Shown here in pieces: positions 17,652-25,025 of a stretch of DNA of 64,000 nucleotides (position 1 is its first letter; each line of letters opens with the position of its first letter). Where the stretch lies: the NCBI GenBank assembly GCA_017301975.1, contig JAFLEI010000016.1, forward strand, positions 58,349-122,348, given 5' to 3'. The notes below the pieces were generated by a model that was given only the letters and a program-made list of their open reading frames with translations, ran no database searches and was not told the DNA's origin. A program made the position numbers and the translations under genes. The stretch is from Verrucomicrobiota bacterium (GTDB lineage: Bacteria; Verrucomicrobiota; Verrucomicrobiia; Verrucomicrobiales; Verrucomicrobiaceae).

Positions 17652-18091
17652 AAAATTTGGAAGTGTGTCTTGTTGACTGCGATTAACTGTAAAAATCGAA
17701 ACTGAGTCTCGTTGGGGACTTGTTAACAACGCTAATCAATAATTTCTATCATTACGGGGTAAATATCGGGGTGTGGCTAAATGCTTGGTTCCGGATAATT
17801 GGTAGATTTGCGAATTATTGCCACAATTGCAAACCAAAAGTGTGTGGTAGCTAAAAAACTTCGGAAATCCTGAAGAATTTCATACAATTGATATCAATCC
17901 AGAACAGGGAGCATTGAACGTGTGGAATAGAGCCAGTCCACAGGTCTGATTTCTTTCTCCATGGTGGCTACGATGGGTTCTTGTATTCCAATACGTTACG
18001 GCCGCCCATGAGGAGACGGTGTCTTTGCAGTGGTTCTACCCACGGCAACCCATTTGCCAAGTCGCCACCCTTGGCCTAGATCACTCCTCCC

Positions 18092-19519
18092 ATGTCTGAT
18101 TCCATTCCCAATGTCCTCGCTGAACGTTACGCCACCGCCTCCATGCGCGCCCTTTGGTCGCCTGAAGGGAAAGTCAGACTGGAGCGCGATTATTGGATCG
18201 CAGTTCTAAAAGGCCAGCGCGATCTCGGCATTCCGGTGCCGGATGGCGTGATCGAAGCCTATGAGAAGGTGAAGGATCAGGTGAACGTGGCCTCCATCAT
18301 GGAGCGCGAGCGCGTGACGCGGCATGACGTGAAGGCACGCATCGAAGAATTCTGCGACCTCGCGGGCCACGAGCACCTGCACAAAGGCATGACCAGCCGC
18401 GATCTGACTGAGAACGTGGAGCAGCTTCAGGTCTTCCGCTCTCTATTAGAGGTCCGCAACAAATGCGTGGCGGCTCTCGTGGGCCTCGCACGCCGAGCCA
18501 AGGAGACGCGGGACATTCCGCTGACCGCCCGCACGCACAACGTGGCCGCGCAGGTGACCACCCTGGGCAAGCGCCTCGCGATGTTTGGCGAGGAGCTGCT
18601 CGTGGCCTTTGGCGATCTGCAGCATCTCATTTCCAGCTATCCGGCCCGTGGGCTGAAAGGTGCCGTGGGCACCCGGCTGGATCAGATCACTCTCTTTAAT
18701 GGAGACGCGAAAAAAGCGGCGGAGCTGGAGGGCAGCATCCTGAAGCACCTCGGCATGCCGGCGGCCTTCAATACCGTGGGGCAGGTGTATCCGCGCAGTC
18801 TGGACATGCAGGTGGTCGCCTCGCTCTGTCAGCTTGCCAGCGGACCGTCCAGCTTTGCGCGTACACTGCGCCTCATGGCCGGGCAGGAGCTCGCCAGTGA
18901 AGGCTTTGCGAAAGGTCAGGTGGGCTCCTCCGCCATGCCGCACAAGATGAACAGCCGCTCCTGCGAGCGCATCAACGGCCTGCACGTCATCCTCAAAGGC
19001 TACCTCACCATGGCCTCCGGTCTGGCGGGGGATCAGTGGAATGAGGGAGACGTGTCCTGCTCCGTCGTGCGCCGCGTCATGCTGCCGGACGCCTTCCTCG
19101 CCATGGATGGCCTGCTGGAAACGCTGCTCACCGTGCTCAATCAGATGGAAGTCTTCGAGGCTGTCGTGGAACAGGAGCTCATGCGCTACCTGCCTTTCCT
19201 CCTCACCACCACCGTCATGATGGAAGCCGTCAAAGCGGGCGCGGGTCGCGAGACCGCCCACGAAGTGATCAAAGAGCACGCCGTGCAGGTGGCCAGGGAC
19301 ATGCGCACCGGCAAAGTGCGTGAGAACGACCTCCTCGCCCGCCTCGTGGAAGACGTGCGCCTCACCCTCACCGCCGAAGACATGCAGCGCCTCGTGGATG
19401 CCGGCAAAGCCAACGCCGGAGACGCCCCCCAGCAGGTGGACGCCTTCTGCGAACACGTGGCCGCCATCAAGAAGGAGTACCCGCACGCCGCGAAGTATGA
19501 GCCGGGTGTGATTCTGTAG
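18092..19519 (+). CDS. purB: Adenylosuccinate lyase
   Basis: 475 aa. N-terminus LAERYATASMRALWSPEGK. Fumarate-lyase signature GSSAMPHKMNSRSCERI. Confidence 0.92.
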   Translation: MSDSIPNVLAERYATASMRALWSPEGKVRLERDYWIAVLKGQRDLGIPVPDGVIEAYEKVKDQVNVASIMERERVTRHDVKARIEEFCDLAGHEHLHKGMTSRDLTENVEQLQVFRSLLEVRNKCVAALVGLARRAKETRDIPLTARTHNVAAQVTTLGKRLAMFGEELLVAFGDLQHLISSYPARGLKGAVGTRLDQITLFNGDAKKAAELEGSILKHLGMPAAFNTVGQVYPRSLDMQVVASLCQLASGPSSFARTLRLMAGQELASEGFAKGQVGSSAMPHKMNSRSCERINGLHVILKGYLTMASGLAGDQWNEGDVSCSVVRRVMLPDAFLAMDGLLETLLTVLNQMEVFEAVVEQELMRYLPFLLTTTVMMEAVKAGAGRETAHEVIKEHAVQVARDMRTGKVRENDLLARLVEDVRLTLTAEDMQRLVDAGKANAGDAPQQVDAFCEHVAAIKKEYPHAAKYEPGVIL

Positions 19520-19543
19520 GCTTTCAGTCGATCACCCTCACCG

Positions 19544-19574
19544 CGGCGGCTTGTCTCAAGCCGCCGTTTTTTTT
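19544..19574 (+). terminator. Rho-independent terminator after purB
   Basis: gcggcggctt gtct caagccgccg followed by T8 (19567-19574), starting 25 nt after the purB stop. Confidence 0.75.
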
Positions 19575-19619
19575 GTGGCTCCTGCCTGCATCCTAATCCT
19601 GCAATTCTGGAATCTTGTG

Positions 19620-19695
19620 AATCCTGTCCAAATCAGCTTCGAGCAAAGATGAAACTGGAAGTGGCAGGTATTGCAGTGCCTGTTTGGACAGGATT
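19620..19695. promoter_or_regulatory. Inverted repeat upstream of the VOC-family gene (candidate operator or RNA stem)
   Basis: aatcctgtccaaa (19620-19632) and tttggacaggatt (19683-19695) form a perfect 13-bp inverted repeat. The flanking tgtgaatc / gattcaca extend the symmetry. It lies 57 nt upstream of ATG 19752. Confidence 0.35.
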
Positions 19696-19751
19696 AACAG
19701 GATGGCATGATTCACAGAATTATCTCAGAAGACATCCTTTCTACCACGCTC

Positions 19752-20108
19752 ATGAAAGCCTCCTTCCACTCCATCACTCCCATGATCCCCACCGGCAGCA
19801 GCCTGGCGGAGGCTCTGAGCTTTTACGCGGACCACATGGGCTTCGCCATTCTCTGGCAGGGCGAGGGCATGGCCGGCATCGGGCGCGACGGTGTGTCCCT
19901 CAACCTCATCGTGAACGACAACCAGAACTGGGCGGACAATGCGAGCTTCAGCATCGGCGTCTCCGACCTTGAGGCTCTCTACGAGGAGTATCGGGAGCTT
20001 CTCGCCCGGGTCGGCCCGCTCGAACTCAAGCCGTGGGGCAGGCGCGAGTTTCATCTCATCGCGCCCTCAGGCGTGTGCTTCCAGTTTTACCAGCGGGAGG
20101 TCGCCTGA
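19752..20108 (+). CDS. Glyoxalase/bleomycin-resistance (VOC) family protein
   Basis: About 118 aa from ATG 19752. Paired beta-alpha-beta-beta-beta pattern with ITPMIPTGSSLAEALSFYADHMGF and GRREFHLIAPSGVCFQF. Size and pattern resemble bleomycin-binding/VOC proteins. Confidence 0.7.
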   Translation: MKASFHSITPMIPTGSSLAEALSFYADHMGFAILWQGEGMAGIGRDGVSLNLIVNDNQNWADNASFSIGVSDLEALYEEYRELLARVGPLELKPWGRREFHLIAPSGVCFQFYQREVA

Positions 20109-20187
20109 CCCTGCGCTGCACGCGCGTATCCCCCCCGAGGTATTTGGAGAATTTGGCGAAGTTTCTCCCGCTGGCGGCGCGGGGACA

Positions 20188-20266
20188 GGAAAGTACTCTC
20201 GAGCTTTAGCTCGTTCTGGGAGGCTCCGCGCATTCCAGAGGGAGCTAAAGCTCCCGAGTACTTTCC
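20188..20266. repeat. Long intergenic hairpin (25-bp arms)
   Basis: ggaaagtactctcgagctttagctc (20188-20212) pairs with gagctaaagctcccgagtactttcc (20242-20266). The arms are complementary at 23 of 25 positions, with a 29-nt loop. Confidence 0.6.
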
Positions 20267-20314
20267 CAGAGTGAACTGCTGCGCAGCCGCAAAGCCAACC
20301 TCATCAGTGCTTTA

Positions 20315-20400
20315 TTACCCCTCGCTCTCCCCGCTCTTCGGCTCACGCACCACGCGGTCCACGGCGTGCTGCGTCGAGGTTCTCCTTGCACCACATTCCG
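20315..20400 (-). pseudogene. Ghost copy of the 3' end of the parC-like gene
   Basis: 20323-20370 is 48/48 identical to 22809-22856, the true 3' end of the gene at 22802-24835. The minus-strand translation ...TSTQHAVDRVVREPKSGESEG* compares with ...IITKHAVDRVVREPKSGESAE*. Similarity decays outside the 48-bp core. Confidence 0.75.
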
Positions 20401-20434
20401 CAGTCGTGGACTTCTCGGGAGTCGCCCCACTTTC

Positions 20435-21251
20435 ATGCCTCGCCTTGTTCTCACTGAAGCCCAGAAGCAAGCCATCCGTCAGGCTCAATCCCCCGAAGCC
20501 GCGTGCCATCTGGTCTGTGATGTCGCCGACGATGCTTTCTTCTCTGGGAATCCTGACGACGTCGCGGGCTGGATTCGCGATGTGCTTTGCGTCGAGACTT
20601 TCTTCGGGGCCATGTGCGATGGCGGAGTGGTCACCTTGGTTTGACTGGGATCACGGTCGTTTGGCGCACCTGGTGCCAGACGCCCTGCGTGCGGTGGGTC
20701 TTCCCGAGTGTGCGCCCGGTGCGGAAAAGGCATTGGCGGTCCATTTTCAACCTCCTTACCCTGCCACCATTCAGGCGTGGGACGAGGCCATCGAGCACAT
20801 TCGGGATGCTCAGCTCGAGGAGGATTTCGACGCCTCGGCTTATGACGCCATTGAGCAGGAATTCTTTGCCCTCTATCATGCCGACAAAACCTGCTTCCGC
20901 ACGAAGCTGCACCGTTACGTTCTCGATCACTTCGAGACTGAGGACATCGAACTTTTACAGCACGAAATGGATGAACAACTGCGTGCGGGCTATGTCAGCC
21001 GGGATGGGTTTCGAAGGCTGTGTGATGCCGAATGCTATGGAAACGTCTCAAGTCTCGGTGCGCTGAGGAAGTGGTTGAGCTATCTGGAACAGCCATTGAA
21101 TGATGGCAAATGCATCGAGATTGAGGGAGGGCGCTCTCTTTCCACCCGTCCTGAGCTGATGGCATGGATCAAAGAAAACTTCCGCGATGCCTACGCCTGC
21201 TTCTACAAAAATGATGGGACTGGGCAGGTGGATGAGCAGCACAACGCCTGA
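20435..21251 (+). pseudogene. DUF4375/DMP19-like protein with extra C-terminal domain, interrupted by a frameshift near 20625-20645
   Basis: Frame 1 (ATG 20435) reads MPRLVLTEAQKQAIRQAQSPEAACHLVCDVADDAFFSGNPDDVAGWIRDVLCVETFFGAMCDGGVVTLV*. Frame 2 continues WFDWDHGRLAHLVPDALRAVGLPECAPGAEKALAVHF...FDASAYDAIEQEFFALYHADKTCFRTKLHRYVLDHFE. Joined, the two halves resemble the DUF4375 pattern (NGGF.QFF.N..G ... IGA....ll.kA) as I recall it. Confidence 0.45.
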
Positions 21252-21257
21252 TCACTC

Positions 21258-21665
21258 ATGACCGTCCGCTTCGCCAATTCGTATGTGGAAAAGCTCTTTG
21301 CAGAGCGAGACCTGCCCGGACTGCACCACCTTATCGGCGTGGTCGGTGCGGAACGTCAGTTGTCAGAGCAGTTCTGACTTTTCTGCCGCTTGCTCGAATG
21401 GTCCGGCTCCACGAGATCGGGAGTGTGGCAGTATTATGAAGGTTTGTCGGAGGACACGTTTGTGAGGATGAGCCAGGCTTTGGGCCGGTTCGGGCTTTCT
21501 GAGATCTCTCAAAGATACCAGGCCGGCAGGGATGCATGGAACGGCCCAGATCAAGCAGCGAGTCTCGATGCGTGGATGGATGCCCATGAGCAGCAGATCC
21601 ACAGCGCCGCCTTCGAGTTGATCGCGGCAAGAAAGGACGAGTTGTGTTGTGAGGCTGCTGCATAG
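21258..21665 (+). pseudogene. Second DUF4375-like ORF carrying an in-frame TGA at 21375-21377
   Basis: ATG 21258 MTVRFANSYVEKLFAERDLPGLHHLIGVVGAERQLSEQF-TGA-LFCRLLEWSGSTRSGVWQYYEGLSEDTFVRMSQALGRFGLSEISQRYQAG...LDAWMDAHEQQIHSAAFELI. It is one frame throughout; I checked it codon by codon. Confidence 0.45.
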
Positions 21666-21734
21666 AAGTTCGCGATTGCTTCGTTGGGCGCGGTGGCTGA
21701 GCTTGGGGGGAGACGACTCAAGCCTCCCGAAAAC

Positions 21735-22010
21735 ATGAATCCAACGAGAGCATCATCGCTTCCAACACGGATTGGCTGGGGCGTCGCAATCGCTTTCATC
21801 GTCGCCGCGCTCTTGCCGTTTGCTGTCATCGGAGGGACGTGGGGCATGGTTTGGTTCTATCTCACAGCCCCCCTGTCGCTGGCTGTTGAGGCGACATTTG
21901 GGATCGACGGCGAGTCCTGCATTCTGATTGTTCTTACGTCCGTGAGTTGTGCCACAGCATGGGCGGCAGTTGCTTATGCTCTCACCAGGACGATTCAGCG
22001 ATGGAAATGA
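21735..22010 (+). CDS. Small integral membrane protein
   Basis: ATG 21735 MNPTRASSLPTRIGWGVAIAFIVAALLPFAVIGGTWGMVWFYLTAPLSLAV...ILIVLTSVSCATAWAAVAYAL. Three hydrophobic segments. Lies inside the low-GC islet. Confidence 0.5.
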   Translation: MNPTRASSLPTRIGWGVAIAFIVAALLPFAVIGGTWGMVWFYLTAPLSLAVEATFGIDGESCILIVLTSVSCATAWAAVAYALTRTIQRWK

Positions 22011-22120
22011 GCTGCAAATGCTAGGCCTGAATGGCACTTCGGAATGTTTCTGGTACCCAACAAGGTTGTTTGAAGTCCTCGACAGAGACGGGTCGCATCG
22101 AGTAATTTGGCCCAACAAAA

Positions 22121-22729
22121 ATGACACGCTATCGAGTAATCGGACTGGAGATGGGTGCAAAGCGCATCTTGGAATGGTTTGAAGGAGAGTTGATCGGCGA
22201 TGACGACCTCAAAGACCGGTTTCAGAGAATGTGGGAATCGGTCGATCATGGGAAGTATCGCGAAAAATTGCCCGTTCATCTGCGAGAATCCTGGACTTAT
22301 TACCTGGCGAAAGAACTTCTTTCCAAGGTCTTTGAGGAAACACTGGATGTTGAAAGAGCGCACATATCCACAGAGCAAAGACTGCAGGAGTGGGCCGATG
22401 CATGGAATTCACATGGCCGCGACCATCATTATACGATTGATGAAATGCGTAAAATCGAGGAGGAGCAGAATTGGAGTGATCACCACGGTCCACCCTATAA
22501 GTGGAGAGAAATCGAGTCTGTTCTCAGCGGGAAGATCAAAATTTTTGAGGATGTCGGCCAGCCACCCGAAGATCGCCCCAAATGCCTTGAATGCCTGGCT
22601 CCCATGGAATGGATTTACTTTTCAAGCTCCCCGGCAACATGGGCAGGGGACTGTGGAAGAGCAGGCTGGACGGCGATTTGTAAAAAATGCAAAACCTGGA
22701 GAGCATGCCGCGTCTCCGTGATGAATTAA
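22121..22729 (+). CDS. Hypothetical protein with C-terminal zinc-ribbon-like Cys pairs
   Basis: 202-aa ORF in visibly lower-GC DNA. The C-terminus is PKCLECLAPMEW...CGRAGWTAICKKCKTW (CxxC ... CxxC). An overlapping upstream ORF (22018-22182, ...FWYPTRLFEVLDRDG...) may be a displaced 5' part. Confidence 0.5.
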   Translation: MTRYRVIGLEMGAKRILEWFEGELIGDDDLKDRFQRMWESVDHGKYREKLPVHLRESWTYYLAKELLSKVFEETLDVERAHISTEQRLQEWADAWNSHGRDHHYTIDEMRKIEEEQNWSDHHGPPYKWREIESVLSGKIKIFEDVGQPPEDRPKCLECLAPMEWIYFSSSPATWAGDCGRAGWTAICKKCKTWRACRVSVMN

Positions 22730-22801
22730 CCAGACCAGTAAGCGGATGCAGGCAACCGGCGTTCCGCCAGTGCCTGATCCTTGCTGCTGGACGAATCGCT
22801 T

Positions 22802-24835
22802 TTACTCGGCGCTCTCCCCGCTCTTCGGCTCACGCACCACGCGGTCCACGGCGTGCTTCGTGATGATGTTCCCCTGGGACTCGCGGCCTTTGATGGCGAT
22901 GGAGTTGAAGGGGAATTTGATGGAAAGGTTGCGCAGGTAGAGGGCGGGCTTGAGGTGGACGATGACGTTTTGGGCGTTGGAGTCTTCTTCGGTTTCGTGG
23001 CGGATGAAGTACAGGACGTTGCTGCCGGGCGTGCCTTTGGTGAGGACGTATTCCTTGTCGCGGGTGACGCCGCCGATGCGGAAGCGCTTGGCCAGCAGGC
23101 CGCCCTGGCGGCCGTCGCGGTAGATCATGGTATAAACGGCGCTTTCGTCCTTCTTGAAAAGGTTCACGTGGAGCGGGTTCTTGCCCACGAAGAACTTCGC
23201 CGCAGCCTTGGTCACGCTCATGTTGCCCTCGCGGGTGAAGAAGAGCACGTCGTCCAGCGGGGAGCACTTGCAGATCGGGTCGCCTTCGCGCTTGAGGCTG
23301 GTGCCGGCAAAGCCTTCCTTGGCGTTGAGATACAGCGTCTCGCCCTGCACGATGACTTCGGCGGCGGCCACGCGGTCAAAGCCGCTCACCACCGTTTTGC
23401 GCTCGCGGCCGGGGCCGTAGGTCTTTTTGAGCTCTTCAAAGTGGCGGATGGTGTACTTGGTGAGGCCCTTGAGGAACTTCTCGGCCTGATCGATCTCCTC
23501 CTCCAGCTCGCGGATGTGCTCGTCGGCCTCGAAGCTGTTGAACTTGGAGATGCGCTTGATCTTGATCTCGGTCAGGCGCGCCACGTCGTCATTGGTGACT
23601 TCGCGCTTGAGCACATGGAGGTGGGGCTTGAGGCCCTTCCAGATGGCCTCCATCACAGCCTCCCAGGTCTCGGCTTCTTCGATGCGGCGGTAGATGCGGT
23701 TCTCGATGAAGATCTTTTCCAGCGAGCTGAAGTGCCACTTCTCGTTGAGTTCGCCAAGCAGGATGCCCAGCTCTTCGCCGAGGATCTTTTTGGTGTTCTC
23801 CGCGCTGGCCCTGAGCAGGTCGTTCACGTTCATGAACTGCGGCTTGTCGTCCTTGATGACGACGGCGTTCGGTGAGAGTGAGATCTCGCAATCCGTGAAG
23901 GCGTAGAGCGCCTGGATGGTCTGGTCCGTGTCCGTGCCTACGGGGAGATGCACCACGACCTCCACCTTGTCTGAGGTGTTGTCCTCGACGCGGGCGATCT
24001 TGATTTTGCCCTTCTCATTTGCAGCCACGATGCTGTCCATCACGCCGCCCGTGGTGGTGCCGTAGGGGATCTCGGAAATGATGAGGATGTTCTTCTTCGG
24101 GCCTTCCTCGATCTTAGCGCGAATGCGGATGCGGCCGCCGCGCATGCCGCCATTGTAGTCGCTGGCGTCCATGATGCCGCCGGAGATGAAGTCGGGCAGC
24201 AGGTTCACCGGCTCATCCCGCAGTGCGGCGATGCTGGCATCACACAGCTCAATGAAATTGTGCGGGAGGATGCGGCAGGAAAGACCCACGGCGATGCCTT
24301 CCACGCCCTGTGCGAGCAGCAGGGGGAACTTCACCGGCAGCGTCACCGGCTCCTTGTTGCGGCCGTCATACGAGGCCGCCCATTCGGTGACCTTCGGGCT
24401 GAAGACCACATCCAGCGCGAATTTGGACAGGCGCGCTTCGATGTATCGGGGAGCAGCCGCGTTGTCGCCGGTGAGGGTGTTGCCCCAGTTCCCCTGGGTG
24501 TCGATGAGCAGGTCCTTCTGGCCGAGCTGCACCATGGCATCGCCAATGGAGGCATCGCCATGCGGGTGGTATTTCATCGTGTTACCCACCACGTTCGCCA
24601 CCTTGTTGTACCGGCCGTCTTCCAGCTCGTCCATGCTGTGCAGGATGCGGCGGTGAACGGGCTTCAGACCATCATTGATGTGGGGGACGGCGCGCTCAAG
24701 GATGACGTAGCTGGCGTAATCGAGAAACCAATCTCCATAGAGCGTGTCCACCGGCTTGTGCTCCACGGGGGCGGCGGATGGCAGGATGGGGGAGAAGGCT
24801 TCTTCAGCGGATTTTTTGGAGGACTTTTTGGCCAC
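22802..24835 (-). CDS. parC: DNA topoisomerase IV subunit A (Bacteroidetes/PVC-type ParC; GyrA/ParC family)
   Basis: DYASYVILERAVPHINDGLKPVHRRILHSM, KYHPHGDASIGDAMVQLGQ, and AAAPRYIEARL (catalytic Tyr). The likely start is GTG 24835 (VAKKSSKK). The track ORF reaches ATG 25003, but that extra 56 aa looks non-coding and overlaps the divergent giant gene's ORF. Confidence 0.85.
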   Translation of the reverse strand: MAKKSSKKSAEEAFSPILPSAAPVEHKPVDTLYGDWFLDYASYVILERAVPHINDGLKPVHRRILHSMDELEDGRYNKVANVVGNTMKYHPHGDASIGDAMVQLGQKDLLIDTQGNWGNTLTGDNAAAPRYIEARLSKFALDVVFSPKVTEWAASYDGRNKEPVTLPVKFPLLLAQGVEGIAVGLSCRILPHNFIELCDASIAALRDEPVNLLPDFISGGIMDASDYNGGMRGGRIRIRAKIEEGPKKNILIISEIPYGTTTGGVMDSIVAANEKGKIKIARVEDNTSDKVEVVVHLPVGTDTDQTIQALYAFTDCEISLSPNAVVIKDDKPQFMNVNDLLRASAENTKKILGEELGILLGELNEKWHFSSLEKIFIENRIYRRIEEAETWEAVMEAIWKGLKPHLHVLKREVTNDDVARLTEIKIKRISKFNSFEADEHIRELEEEIDQAEKFLKGLTKYTIRHFEELKKTYGPGRERKTVVSGFDRVAAAEVIVQGETLYLNAKEGFAGTSLKREGDPICKCSPLDDVLFFTREGNMSVTKAAAKFFVGKNPLHVNLFKKDESAVYTMIYRDGRQGGLLAKRFRIGGVTRDKEYVLTKGTPGSNVLYFIRHETEEDSNAQNVIVHLKPALYLRNLSIKFPFNSIAIKGRESQGNIITKHAVDRVVREPKSGESAE

Positions 24836-25025
24836 GGCGAAAAGGGGGAAAGAACAGGGGCGGCGAGAATAGACAGTGCCGGTGGGAGTGCAAGGGCTCG
24901 CAGCGCGGATGGGTGAACTATCAAGGTCTGTGAATAGTTCGGAGAACGGTGGCTCTCTTACAATCAACTGAATTGAGGAGCGCCCAGATGGTCGCTTGTT
25001 CACAGCTTTGAAAATCTGCTCATAT

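Noticed and set aside
21375-21377. In-frame TGA as selenocysteine or programmed readthrough.
   Set aside because: I see no SECIS-like hairpin immediately downstream. The neighbouring paralog is also broken, by a frameshift. Pseudogenisation or a sequencing error is the simpler explanation.
20315-22856. Calling the islet a prophage, ICE or transposon.
   Set aside because: No integrase, transposase, terminal inverted repeats or phage structural genes are visible. Only the direct repeat and the compositional shift support foreign origin.
24996-25025. Upstream ATG starts that make the giant gene (24996) and the parC-like gene (25003) overlap head-to-head.
   Set aside because: The ATG at 25026 yields a proper signal peptide. 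GTG 24835 yields the conserved ParC N-terminus. The extra residues from the upstream starts look non-coding and would leave no promoter space.
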